Part shown: positions 1-9,989 of the stretch, piece by piece
Position numbering within the stretch: the stretch's first letter is position 1
How the letters are laid out: every line of letters starts with the position of its first letter
Assembly: GCA_965203485.1 (NCBI GenBank)
Contig: OZ241892.1
Coordinates: forward strand, 2,432,001 to 2,496,000
Origin: Longimicrobiales bacterium
GTDB lineage: Bacteria > Gemmatimonadota > Gemmatimonadetes > Longimicrobiales > Gaopeijiaceae
Direction: 5' to 3'
DNA length: 64,000 nucleotides
Notes under the pieces: model-generated
Told to the model about the DNA's origin: nothing
The model's input: the letters and a program-made list of their open reading frames with translations, nothing else
Database searches by the model: none
Made by a program: the position numbers and the translations under genes

Positions 1-3000
1 GGGGGCGCGCCGGCGGACGACGGTTCGCCCAGGGTCTTGGAGCGGCGGCGGTTCCAGGGCTTGAGCCGGACTTCGTTGCCGGAGGCGGCAGGCAGGAGGG
101 GGAGTCGGGGTCGTCCGCTTCGTCTTGGGCGCTGCGGCGGCCTCGGCCTCGGAGCAAGATGTCTTGGCGGCCGGCCAAGTCTGCGTCGGACAGGTTGCAG
201 GAGACGGCGTAGAGGATGCACGCGCCGGCCGGCGCCGGTCCCAAGCCGAAGTCGCTGCGGTGCAGGAGGTAGTAGGTGGTCGGATCGTCGAGGTCCTGCA
301 CGGAGGCGTCGTTCTCGCCGAACATCCGGCTGACGACGAAAGCCACGACCATGCGGCGAACTTCGCGGAGGAACTCGGCCACGGTCAGCAGCTGGTTGGG
401 CGTGTCGGTGACTCTGACGACGGGATGCTTGCTGAACGCTTCGAGCGCAGGGCCGGTGGCGGCCCAGACGAAGTCGGGGCCTCGGATGCCGGCATCCCAG
501 AAGTCGCGGAGCCGGGCCGTGATGTTCTCCTTCATCTCGCTGAGCACCAAGCCGTCCCAGCCGGGCCGGGTCGTTCGCGCGCGCTTCCTGCACACCAGCC
601 AGATCGACGACGACAGGGCCGCCGACGAAAGCGACCGCTGGCGGTTCTGCATCTCGGTCTGGATCGGCCACGAGCCCACGACCACGAACCCGGCGCGGAC
701 AAGGGCCGAGACCAGCGTCTCCCAGGCGTCGGGCTGCTTGTTGGCGAAGACGATCACCAACCTGCCGTCGTCGCGCAGGGCCTCCCAGAAGCGCTTGAAG
801 GCCCGCGCCATGCCGTCCTCGTAGTTCTGCTTCGACGCCTTGCGGTCGCCTTCGAACCGGGCCGCGTCGTCAATCAGCTCGCCGTCCTGCGCTTCCGCGT
901 TCCACTTGGGGCCGAGCGGTTCGGCGAACGCCTCGTCGATCTCGGGCGAGAGACCGTGCAGCGTCCGGCGCAGCCACACGTGAAAGAAGTCCATCAGGTC
1001 CGAATAGGGGATGGCGTCGTAGTACGGCGGATCGGTGCAGATGACGTCGAAGGGACCGGGCAGCGGCTCCATGGCGGACTGGCGCAGGACTTGGGGCATG
1101 GGCACGCCGGCGGTGGCGTCGTCCAGGTGCTCGGCGACGCGGGCGATCCATTCGACGGAAGGGCCGAACCCGCCGGTCGTGTCGGCGAGCGGGCAGGACT
1201 CGGCGAAGTCCCAGACCATGGGGAGGGCGAAGCGGGCGAAGGTGCTGCGAATCTTCTCGGGGTTGTTGGTCCAGGTGGCGAGGCTGCTGCCGCGGTCGGC
1301 GATGCGGCTGATCGTGAGGGAGAGGAACGCGGTCAGGGCTTCGCGCCATTCCGGCGAGTAGTGGTCGGCCATCTCGTCGGAGCAACGGCGGATTTCTTGG
1401 ACCAGGGCGCCGAGGGCCAGGAGCTGGCGGTTGGTGAAGAGCTTGCGCCAGGTGTCGAAGCCGTAGCGGGTCGTTCGGATGCCCAGGCTTCCCGCGCTTG
1501 GCGTCGGCTCGTTTGGAAGACCGAAGGGCACGTTGCCGTACAGCGAATCCAGCACGGCCTCTTCGACGTCCGCCGCATCCAGTTCCTCCTTGGTCGGCGC
1601 TCGGTATTCCTTGCCCTTCTGGCCGTCCACGACCACGGCCGTCAAACACTCGCCAATTCTTCCAGCTCGCCCGGCGACGCGGAGATCGGACATCGTGGCG
1701 ATGACGCCGCAACGCGGGCACATGACGCCGCTCCTGGACATCGTGCCTTCGCCAAGTTCCCGGTCGTGTGCGCGTTTCTGTACGGCGGTGCCTGGATGCG
1801 TGGCGACATCGTTCTCGACTCCGAAGGCAAGACCATCTTCATCCGATTCGATGACCAGCCGGACGCGCTTGCCCCCCTTCTTGCACAGCCAGCGCGTCTT
1901 GAGCAACGGCACTTCCGCCCGGCACGCCGAGCAACGCGTCGTCCGCGCCCACAAGTACGCCACGCTCGGCTTGGCGACCCAGCGCGGGTTGCCTTCGTCT
2001 TCCAGATAGAGGGAATCGAACTCGGCGTTCAGTGCGTCGGGCGACACGCGGCTGTTGTCGTCCGGCTTCAGCAGTTGCCGTTCCCGTGCCTTGTAGCGCT
2101 TCTCCGGCCGGGCATAAGCGCGCTTCCGTCCCTTCTTGCGCACGGGCTCGAACTCGGCGTACGTCGGATAGGCGGACGCCAGCCGTTGCCGCGCCCGAGC
2201 GAGCGCGCAATCACCCCAGGCTCGAAGATGCCAAGCAAAGCCGGTCGGCATGTCCGGCGAAACGTCCGTCGCATCGGCCAGCAAACGGCTCGATCGGTCC
2301 GGATCCTCCCCGTGCCCCAACGCCGCAAGCCCTTCCCGCAGACCGGTGCGGCCCTTCAGCCCTCTTCCCTTCAGAAACTTCTCCGCAAAGTCCCGGTCTC
2401 GAAATGCAAACGCCGGAAGCCCCCGCCGTTCTCCTGCAACCATCCGCGGATAGTGCAACGTGCACCGCAAGACGAACCACGCCACCGCACTGAGATCCGA
2501 CGCCACCGCTTCGCACCCCAGCCGCATCGCTTCCAGAGGAATCGCCCCACCCCCCGCAAACGGATCGAGCATCCTCGGCGCACGCCCACCAAACGCCTCC
2601 TCGACCTTCCGCCGATATGCCTCAATCCGCCCCAACGTCTCGCCATCCGACTCAACCCGCCCTTCTCGGCCCCACCGAAAGATGCCCTCCCTGGTCTCCT
2701 CTCGCGTCACGCTCCCCGACGCGTTCGTCACCTCGACGACCATCCCTGCCATGTGACGAAGCAACTCGTATCGTGCCTCCCGCCCTGTCGGCTCCGGCAA
2801 CAGCGTCGTCAGCAACACCGCCCGACTAGCCGCCAGCGGACGCCGCGCCGGCCAAATGTGGAGCGTCGAGATGTGCCCGTGGCGCACGTTCTTCTCGTGC
2901 ACGGAGTCGATGGATACCTGCTTGACGGGAAAAGCGGATTCAATGAAACGACGGTCGGTGACGTCGGCGTGCGAAGTTCCGTCAACGCCTCCGGCGGTCA

Positions 3001-3001
3001 C
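1..3001 (-). CDS. DUF1156-domain adenine-specific DNA methyltransferase with Zn ribbon (3' end beyond window)
   Basis: Manual translation from GTG at 3001 (missing from the ORF track because it has no stop in the window): RRFIESAFPVKQVSIDSVHEKNVRHGHISTLHIWPARRPLAASRA, motif I MLDPFAGGGAIPLEA, CxxC...CxxC, and DVICTDPPYYDAIPYSDLMDFF. The start overlaps the upstream stop (GTGA). Confidence 0.92.
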   Translation of the reverse strand, partial: MTAGGVDGTSHADVTDRRFIESAFPVKQVSIDSVHEKNVRHGHISTLHIWPARRPLAASRAVLLTTLLPEPTGREARYELLRHMAGMVVEVTNASGSVTREETREGIFRWGREGRVESDGETLGRIEAYRRKVEEAFGGRAPRMLDPFAGGGAIPLEAMRLGCEAVASDLSAVAWFVLRCTLHYPRMVAGERRGLPAFAFRDRDFAEKFLKGRGLKGRTGLREGLAALGHGEDPDRSSRLLADATDVSPDMPTGFAWHLRAWGDCALARARQRLASAYPTYAEFEPVRKKGRKRAYARPEKRYKARERQLLKPDDNSRVSPDALNAEFDSLYLEDEGNPRWVAKPSVAYLWARTTRCSACRAEVPLLKTRWLCKKGGKRVRLVIESDEDGLAFGVENDVATHPGTAVQKRAHDRELGEGTMSRSGVMCPRCGVIATMSDLRVAGRAGRIGECLTAVVVDGQKGKEYRAPTKEELDAADVEEAVLDSLYGNVPFGLPNEPTPSAGSLGIRTTRYGFDTWRKLFTNRQLLALGALVQEIRRCSDEMADHYSPEWREALTAFLSLTISRIADRGSSLATWTNNPEKIRSTFARFALPMVWDFAESCPLADTTGGFGPSVEWIARVAEHLDDATAGVPMPQVLRQSAMEPLPGPFDVICTDPPYYDAIPYSDLMDFFHVWLRRTLHGLSPEIDEAFAEPLGPKWNAEAQDGELIDDAARFEGDRKASKQNYEDGMARAFKRFWEALRDDGRLVIVFANKQPDAWETLVSALVRAGFVVVGSWPIQTEMQNRQRSLSSAALSSSIWLVCRKRARTTRPGWDGLVLSEMKENITARLRDFWDAGIRGPDFVWAATGPALEAFSKHPVVRVTDTPNQLLTVAEFLREVRRMVVAFVVSRMFGENDASVQDLDDPTTYYLLHRSDFGLGPAPAGACILYAVSCNLSDADLAGRQDILLRGRGRRSAQDEADDPDSPSCLPPPATKSGSSPGTAAAPRPWANRRPPARP

Positions 3002-3396
3002 TTTTCCTCTTTCTCTGGCCGGATTGCCGTGAAGTCTTTGGGACGGTTGTAAAAGATGCCAAGCCTGCAACCGAGACGGCTGTGCTCTTGCGGCATTCCA
3101 GGCATAAGATTGAAGACATGTCTTCCAATGTGAATACTTCCACCACCACTACTGTTCCACAAAATGCCAGTGATAGTCAGTTCAGGTGATTTCCCGCTAC
3201 CAATGCCCGGTTCAACAGTTCTCCACCAAAAGGCAAAGCCAGCCAATCGCTTCCTTCCTCGGTGCGGAATCTGATATACAGGTCGCAAGGCTCTTCCTGT
3301 CATCGACAGCACGAGAGCCACAACTGCAATTCCTAACTGTACTACATTTCTGAGCAATTGTGCGAGGTGATCAGTAAATACTACAACTTCTTCCAT
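2998..3396 (-). CDS. hypothetical protein, one hydrophobic segment
   Basis: 132-aa ORF in a lower-GC tract; overlaps both neighbouring ORFs; no recognised family. Confidence 0.45.
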   Translation of the reverse strand: MEEVVVFTDHLAQLLRNVVQLGIAVVALVLSMTGRALRPVYQIPHRGRKRLAGFAFWWRTVEPGIGSGKSPELTITGILWNSSGGGSIHIGRHVFNLMPGMPQEHSRLGCRLGIFYNRPKDFTAIRPEKEEK

Positions 3397-3602
3397 TCAA
3401 GTTTCTCCGGTTCGGTTAAACGGATATAACAGGATCCTTCGGCATGTTCCATTAACGCAACAAATCCCGAAAACAAAATGACAACATCGTCTTCAACCAA
3501 TCGGAATCGAACTTCTTTAGCCATCGTGTAAGATTCTCTAAGAAGCCGCTGTCCGAGCATCGCAGGAACGTATAAGAGTTGTGCAACAACGGTTTGAGGC
3601 AT
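3381..3602 (-). CDS. small hypothetical protein
   Basis: GAGGAG RBS before ATG at 3602 (MPQTVVAQLL...); no recognised family. Confidence 0.4.
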   Translation of the reverse strand: MPQTVVAQLLYVPAMLGQRLLRESYTMAKEVRFRLVEDDVVILFSGFVALMEHAEGSCYIRLTEPEKLEWKKL

Positions 3603-3820
3603 CTTGCAGTCTCCTCGACAATTCAATCCAAGGTTATAGGACACCGACGTCGCATGTGTGTCGCACGTGACATCAATACAATACGCCTCCAATTTCCGAA
3701 ATCGCGCTGGCTTCGTCATCGTCAAGACAACACTTTACGCCGTCATCGTACAGGGTCCCGTGTACGTCGCCGGTTCACATCCCGGCTCAATCAATCCGTC
3801 CTCCCTGCGAATCACCGTTC

Positions 3821-4897
3821 TCACGATCCTGCCAGATCACCATGTTTTCGCAACGCATTGTAGCATTGCTTGGCTACAGCCTCGGCAAAATCGCACGGCA
3901 ACGCATTCCCGATGGCATTGCAGGCATGTTCCATGTATGGCGTAGCCAAGACATAGTCCTCAGGAAATGTCTGAAGCAGGGCGGCTTCGCGTACCGAAAT
4001 CGTCCGATCAGCTTCTGGATGACCAAATCTGCCTTTGCTAAAGGTCGTGCATCCTCCCGTTATCGTCGGCGATGGACGATCCCATTCCATACGCCCATAG
4101 ACATTCGTGAAGCCCCTATAGTTCCCTTTATGGCAACGAGGACGAAGATCCTCCGGAATGCTTGGCCACGTCTGTCCCGGTCTAGCTGCTCTGATCCTCT
4201 TCCGATTCGCTGCCGACAGGGTCCTCACTACGTGCCAGTTCGCCGCATGAACTCCTGCGCCCATTTTCGCTTCCGCCAATGTAGGCGCGTCCTCGTCCAA
4301 ATGACCAATAGCATCTCTCACCGTCTGCCAGCACCGCAGGCCGTCGCTTCCTGACGCGGAATGCGTCGGCCCTGGCAACTCAATCTGAAAACCCAGGCCA
4401 CCCAGCAAGACCAAGCGACGTCGAAACTGTGGCACGCCGTAGTCGGCCACCTGCAACACACCGTCGGACACCAAATAGCCAAGTGCCTTCAGTTTTGCTT
4501 GTAACACCGCATAGATGTCATCATCTGCCAATTTCGGCACATTTTCCATCATGATCGCTGCTGGTCGCAATTCACCTGCGAGTCGCGCCATCTCCATAAC
4601 CAATAAATTCCTTGGATCCCATTTTCCATATCTATTCGTCAAGCTAGTGAATCCCTGGCACGGCGGGCAACCAGCTAACAGGGCAGTCGTCTCCGAATCT
4701 TCTGGCATCAGACCACTATCCCTTTTCAAGTCCCTAACATCTTCTTCCAACGCCCGCACCGCGCCGTGGTTGATCCGGTAGATTCCAATCGCGTGCGCAT
4801 CGACTTCGACAGCCGACGCTACGTCAAAGCCCGCTCGTCGCAGACCTACGGTAAGTCCTCCGGCTCCGGCAAACAGATCGATCGCACGATAGGACAC
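3821..4897 (-). CDS. DNA (cytosine-5)-methyltransferase
   Basis: Motifs DLFAGAGG, GCPPCQGF, MENV, PQFRRRL, R-ISVREAALLQTFP, IGNA; strong RBS GGAGGGAGG. Confidence 0.95.
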   Translation of the reverse strand: MSYRAIDLFAGAGGLTVGLRRAGFDVASAVEVDAHAIGIYRINHGAVRALEEDVRDLKRDSGLMPEDSETTALLAGCPPCQGFTSLTNRYGKWDPRNLLVMEMARLAGELRPAAIMMENVPKLADDDIYAVLQAKLKALGYLVSDGVLQVADYGVPQFRRRLVLLGGLGFQIELPGPTHSASGSDGLRCWQTVRDAIGHLDEDAPTLAEAKMGAGVHAANWHVVRTLSAANRKRIRAARPGQTWPSIPEDLRPRCHKGNYRGFTNVYGRMEWDRPSPTITGGCTTFSKGRFGHPEADRTISVREAALLQTFPEDYVLATPYMEHACNAIGNALPCDFAEAVAKQCYNALRKHGDLAGS

Positions 4898-6497
4898 GCC
4901 TTTAGCCTCCCTCCGTCGACATTGAAGCTAGTCGATCAGCTTCTTTCAAAAAATCTTCGTGTATCTGTTCCGTACGTCGCAGAAAAACCGCCCAGGTGAT
5001 ATGCGTCAACCGCGGCTTCAATCCAGCCATCGCATGTGCATCATATCCTTTCACACCAATCCGATCGCAGACCAGTGTGATTTGAAAATCAGGAAATTGT
5101 TGAGCAAATTCGGCATTGCCAGGTTCGCGAAGAAACGTTTCCATGCAATCATGATACACACCGATTCGTTGCAATTCTTTCTTATTCAAGACATGTCCCG
5201 GATTCTTGATTTCCACGATTTGTATTGTGCCTTGCTGGCATGTCAAAACAAAATCGGGTTGTTTATTTGGTTCATCAAATCCCACAATATTCTCGGACGC
5301 CATATAGTATTTCTGAAACGCGCGTTGCAACGTCTTGAATGTTTGATTCGCTGTGACAGGAGCCCATTCCGGGTTAACAAGCCAGGGTGCATCGGCGATC
5401 AGTTTTTGTAGATCAGCTTCGGTCGTTGATGATTGTTCAATCAAGTCCCGCAAGCGTCTTACCACTCTAATTCTGTCGTTTGCAATGCGTCCAAATGACC
5501 ATAATTCCGAAATGCGAGCGATGCGTAGACATTTGCTAATAAAAGACATCGGCGTGTCCGCATTGTCGACAGCTTGTTTCATCACTTGATCGAGAGTCAT
5601 GTGAGGAGCTAACAGTATCGCCAACTCCACAAGATCACCAATAGCACTCGTGTCATCGACATCCGATCGATCCATAGTTCGTCCAAACATCTTTGCTATC
5701 CCAAGTGCTTGAAGTCGCAGATCCTTGTTGGCATGGCCCGGAAAGCGACGATCAATACAATCTTCCACATCGCCGTTCTCCAGGAAAAGATCTAGCGTGG
5801 CTTTCCGTAATGGATCGCGTGCAAATTTGCCGATCATGGCGACCATTTCCTGGCCCCAGTCTTGAAATAATTCTCCAAGGCTATCCGACCATAAAATATC
5901 GCGGCGATCTGTCAAAATGAGATCCTGTTCGTCATCCAACCAGTCGGCATGGAGTTCCCCAACCAAGTACGAACGGATGTTGTGTTCTCCGGTAAAGCCG
6001 GCTTTCCGATTGAACACGGATGTTTGTGAAGCAATCTTGCCTCGACAGTATATTCTGACGCCAGCCATTAATTCATCGCGATATGGGAGCTTGCTGTATC
6101 CCATCCATCCAGACAAAGGATAGAACCGATCGCCGTCGCCGTAAAAACCGGCATGGCGATCGTCGATTTGTTGTCCATCGGGTCCGGTGACCGTGCTGTC
6201 TGTATTGAATGTGAGCTTCGTATTCGGCATCGTTTCTACGTCGAACCGGCTCACCGGCCTGGGTTTCGATTTGCTATTGGGATCGCTGTCGGCAACGACT
6301 ATCGTCCAATTTTCGGAACGAATGCCAAAACGCTGAGCGATTTGCCGAGTTAAGACATCGACGTCAGGTTGGAGTTGCCCCGGTATGGTGGACGGGCAAG
6401 GATCTTGGGTTCAGATGGTGCAATGTGAAACATGACTTTAGGAAGGACGGAGGCGCAAGGGCGCCGAACGGTCTCGTGTCGAGGGGGTCGGTGCACT

Positions 6498-7346
6498 TTA
6501 CGCGACCGCACGCTTGCGCTCGAAGCCGGCGGGGGATTCGTAGCCGAGCGCCGAGTGTCGGCGCCGCGAGTTGTAGAAGCCTTCGATGAAGGCGAAGACG
6601 GCGCGCCGGGCTTCGGCCGGACTTGTGAACTGGCAACGGTCCAGCAACTCGCATTCCAACGTGGCGAAGAAGCTCTCGCACATCGCGTTGTCGTAGGCGT
6701 CGCCCACCGAGCCCGTCGAGCGACGCACGCCGGCCTTCCTGCACCGCTCGCCGAACGCCCAGGACGTGTACTGCGACCCCTGGTCCGAGTGATGGATCAC
6801 GGTCTCTGGACTGCGGTTCTCGACGGCCATGGCGAGCGCGCGCTCGACGAGTTCGCCGCGCAGGTGCGTCTCCATGGCCCAGCCGACGACGCGGCGGCTC
6901 CAGGCGTCGACGACGACCGCCAGGTAGAGCCATCCGGCCCCGGCCGGCACGTACGTGATGTCGGCGACCCAGAGCTGGTCGGGGCCTTCGGCGCTGAAGT
7001 CGCGCTCGACCAAGTCCGGAGCCGGGCGCGCGTGGGCGTCGCGCACCGTCAGCGCCACCTTGCGGCGCCTGCGGCTCGCGCCTTCGATGCCCTCCTCGCG
7101 CATGAGGCGGGCGACGCGCTTCGGACCGACGCGCTCGCCCCAGGCCGCGAGATCGGCGTGGATGCGCGGTCGCCCGTACGTCCGCCGGCTCGCTTCCCAG
7201 CTGCGGCGCACCAAGACGCGCAACGCGTCGTCGCGCAACGCGCTCGCCGATCGGGGACGCTTCAGCCATGCATAGAAGCCGCTCGGGGAGAGACCGAGGA
7301 CGCGGCACATCGCGCGCACGGGAAACACGGCCCGGTGCGCTTTCAC
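6498..7346 (-). CDS. IS3 transposase OrfB (DDE integrase core)
   Basis: WVADITY, HHSDQGSQY, DNAMCESFF, FYNSRRRHSALGY. Confidence 0.95.
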   Translation of the reverse strand: MKAHRAVFPVRAMCRVLGLSPSGFYAWLKRPRSASALRDDALRVLVRRSWEASRRTYGRPRIHADLAAWGERVGPKRVARLMREEGIEGASRRRRKVALTVRDAHARPAPDLVERDFSAEGPDQLWVADITYVPAGAGWLYLAVVVDAWSRRVVGWAMETHLRGELVERALAMAVENRSPETVIHHSDQGSQYTSWAFGERCRKAGVRRSTGSVGDAYDNAMCESFFATLECELLDRCQFTSPAEARRAVFAFIEGFYNSRRRHSALGYESPAGFERKRAVA

Positions 7347-7657
7347 GAACTCGAACCCTCTCCGGGAATCGAGCCGCTCTCCCGAGCGAACCAGGCCGCG
7401 GCTTTTTTTAGAATGTCGCGCTCGAGGCGCAACTGCTTGTTCTCCCGCTTCAGGCGGCGCAACTCGTCCCGCTCGCGCGTCGTCGTCCCGTCGTCGCGAC
7501 GGCCCTCGTCGAGATCGGCCTGCTCGACCCAGTTGCGGATCGTCGGCGCCGACGGCTCGAACTCACGCGCCAGCGCCTCCGGCGACCGGCCCGAACGCGC
7601 CAGATCCACCATTCGCCGCCGGTACTCCAGCGGGTACTGCTTGCGTTTCTTCGGCAT
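7343..7657 (-). CDS. IS3 transposase OrfA (HTH)
   Basis: MPKKRKQYPLEYRRRMVDL...LRLERDILKKAAAWFA; RBS GAGGAG; A7G slippery site at 7402-7409 for the -1 frameshift into OrfB. Confidence 0.93.
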   Translation of the reverse strand: MPKKRKQYPLEYRRRMVDLARSGRSPEALAREFEPSAPTIRNWVEQADLDEGRRDDGTTTRERDELRRLKRENKQLRLERDILKKAAAWFARESGSIPGEGSSS

Positions 7658-8359
7658 CGTGGACTCCTCCTCGTCCCGAAAGATTGAACGTGTCCACCAT
7701 GCCGGGGCAACTCCAGGTATCCGTTTTCTGTAGAATTTGCGCAATGTGATGGTAGTACCGGTCTTTGGACTGATAGTACAATCATGATCGCCGGGTCGGG
7801 GTCGATATGTTTCGCTTGGAACTCTACCTAACTGGACAATATCGTCGTAATTGAGAATCACATGGGACGTCAGATACCCGGTCTGAACACAGCCATCCAC
7901 GGTCGTGCATGTGATCTTGTCGCCACCTGCACTCTTTACTTCAATGACTTTGCATATGCCAAAGGGGGCGAGTTTGCCAACACCCTTTCGACCCATAACC
8001 TTTCGGGAGAAGCGCTTCGATGTCGATCCGCGATCGGGATCGTCACGACGCTCCATGCCGACAGGCAGGAAAAAGGTATCCATTTCACGGGGCGTCATGC
8101 CAAGACCGTTGTCGGAGATTTCGAGGGCGTAGCCCTTATCTCTCAACTTACCCTCTACGACTGTGGCTAAGTATTTGCCTAGCGGCGCGCACACCTTTGC
8201 CTCTGTAGCGTCGGCATCGTACGAGTTTGAAAGCAATTCCGCGATGACAGCAGAGGCGCGATCGTATAGCTTCACGCCAAGCTTGTCGACGGTGAGAGCC
8301 GAAATTGGCATCGTGTACTCTACGGGCTTGATCACGGTCGTGTCGGATGAGGCCCGGGT

Positions 8360-8722
8360 CGTCTTCAGGCGTACTGTCGATGACTTCCGCAATTCCTGAT
8401 TCCGAGGATCCACCTCCACCCCCATCGATTCCAGCGCCGTCGCACCCAAGAGCGGCTCGGCACCGGCCTCCCCGAACACCACCGTGCCGCCGACGAACTC
8501 GTCCATGAACTCGATCCGGGCCACGGCCACCTCCATCCGCACCTGGCGTCCGTCTGCCAACTCGTAGGTGCGCTGGCCGGCCGACTTGACCCCAATGGCT
8601 TCAAGACGATCACGCGGAACGACCGAGTCCGTCGCCCCGGTGTCCACCAGAAAGGGGCCTCGCCAACTCCGAGACGGGTCGGCTGGATTGCGGATCGTCA
8701 CGTCTACGTGAATGGCTCCCAT
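8360..8722 (-). CDS. clan AA (retropepsin-like) aspartic protease; no stop, reads into the GHKL ATPase
   Basis: MGAIHVDVTIRNP...FLVDTGATDS...YELADG...PLLGATALESMG.EVDP; GGAGG RBS. The end coordinate is approximate. Confidence 0.85.
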
Positions 8723-8740
8723 ACGTCGCTCGTCCTCCGT

Positions 8741-9640
8741 TCAGGTTGGCTCCGCCGCGTCCATCAAGGACTTGGAGGAGATGGCGTAGGTTGCCGACGC
8801 GCGCTCGTTGGCGAGGAGCTTGGCGAATGGGTTGCGGACTCGGACCAATATGGGGTCCGGCGTCGCGCAGTTCCAGACTACGTACAGACAGTAGCGGTCG
8901 CCCAGGTGCACGGCCTGGGTCCACTCGTTGGCGGCCAGCTGGACGGCGGCGCGGTCGGCGCGGCCCTTCACCTCGATGCTTCGCACCGCTCCGTCGGGCT
9001 GGCGGGCCAGGCAGGTCGAAGCCGGGCCAGTCGGCGAGTCCGGCCGCCCGGGCAAGGGCGGGCTTGCTCACGTCCTGCACGGCGGCGCCGCGCTCTTGCC
9101 CCCAGGCGGTGGCGATCCGCACGGCGACCTCCTCGACCTGCTCGTCGTGCTTCTCCATTTGGCCGGAGTTGTCTGGAAGCACGGCCAGCGCGTGAACCAC
9201 GAAACGGGCCTCGCCCAACGCGATTCGGCCCGGCGCGGCTTCCAACGTTGACAGCGCGGACGCCTTCTCCATCTGCAGGGTCTTCTGATCGCGCCTGATC
9301 TCGGCCGCTTCGCCGTCGGCGTCCTCCCTGCCCGCGAGTCGGGGTCCACCTGGACGCCAGCTCGGCGGCGCGGAGGGCGAAGAGGCGGCCAGCATTCGGT
9401 CATGATCGTCTTCCCCACCCCCGCGTCGTCCGCCGAAGCAGCCGAGGCGGCCTGCGTCGCGGAGACCTCCTCTTCCAGGCGCCGGAGGCGATCCAGGGCC
9501 AGCGGCTGGGGATTGGAGTGACCGGCCTCCCACCGGTGGACCGTGAGCGGCATCACCAGCAAACGGGCCGCAAAGCTGTTCCTGGGTCAGGCCCGCTCCG
9601 CTTCGGAGGCGCTTGACGCGGGCGGCCGTGCCGTCTTGCG
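8741..9640 (-). pseudogene. remnant of XRE-HTH / SNF2-type helicase / DUF3883 gene
   Basis: Frameshifted pieces: HTH (RVKRLRSGAGLTQEQ/AARLLVMPLTVHRWEAG), helicase Walker A ADDAGVGKTIMT, and C-terminal WPGFDL...RSIEVKGRA..NEW..A.HLGDRYCLYVVWNCATP. Most of the helicase core is absent. Confidence 0.8.
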
Positions 9641-9677
9641 AAGCGTCGGGCTTGGAATGACGAGCGAGGCGCACATC

Positions 9678-9709
9678 AAATGATAACACGGCGGCGCGCA
9701 TGTTTTCGC
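9678..9709. repeat. 32-bp direct repeat, copy 1 (minus-strand TGnTATCAT extended -10-like motif)
   Basis: AAATGATAACACGGCGGCGCGCATGTTTTCGC; 30/32 identical to 12176-12207. Confidence 0.85.
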
Positions 9710-9739
9710 CCGAATCGCGCTTTGGCCGATGTTGAACGA

Positions 9740-9930
9740 GGGAACGGTCGAGCGCTCGATCGTGCGGCGCGACGGGGCACGGGTTGCGAGGAGTGGTTGC
9801 GCGAGTTGGCGCGGGCGTCGGGGATCGAGACGCCGACGCGCGAAGAGCTGGCGAAGCTGGACCGGAAGCGGTCGAAGAAGAGATCGAACGCGCAGTGGGT
9901 GCATCCGGGCGACCCGGAAGCGCAGCTACG
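9740..9930 (+). pseudogene. transposase fragment (IS1182/IS5-like)
   Basis: RSIVRRD../EEWLRELARASGIETPTREELAKLDRKRSKKRSNAQWVHPGDPEA resembles an internal segment of IS1182-type DDE transposases (family assigned from memory). Confidence 0.65.
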
Positions 9931-9989
9931 TGAGCGAGCCCGCCCGTTGCGGCGTACAAGGAGCCCAAGGCACAGTTGACGTCCCGCGG

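Larger units (their letters stand above)
6370..7715 (-). mobile_element. IS3-family insertion sequence, 1346 bp, apparently intact
   Basis: Terminal inverted repeats TGGAGTTGCCCCGG(T/C)ATGGTGGAC at 6370 and ending at 7715; 3-bp target duplication GGT (6367-6369 and 7716-7718); contains orfA and orfB. Confidence 0.96.
4902..8335 (-). pseudogene. GHKL/MORC-type ATPase with C-terminal PD-(D/E)xK nuclease, interrupted by IS3
   Basis: N-terminal part (8335-7716): AVIAELLSNSYDADA, ISDNGLGM, MGRKGVGKLA, GTTITL. C-terminal part (6369-4902): QPDFVL...IVEIKNP. Removing the IS plus one GGT restores one frame (..KFYRKRIP-DVDVLTRQIAQRFG..). Confidence 0.9.

Noticed and set aside
125..3052. 975-aa plus-strand ORF
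   Set aside because: Antisense shadow of the minus-strand DUF1156 methylase, which carries the real motifs.
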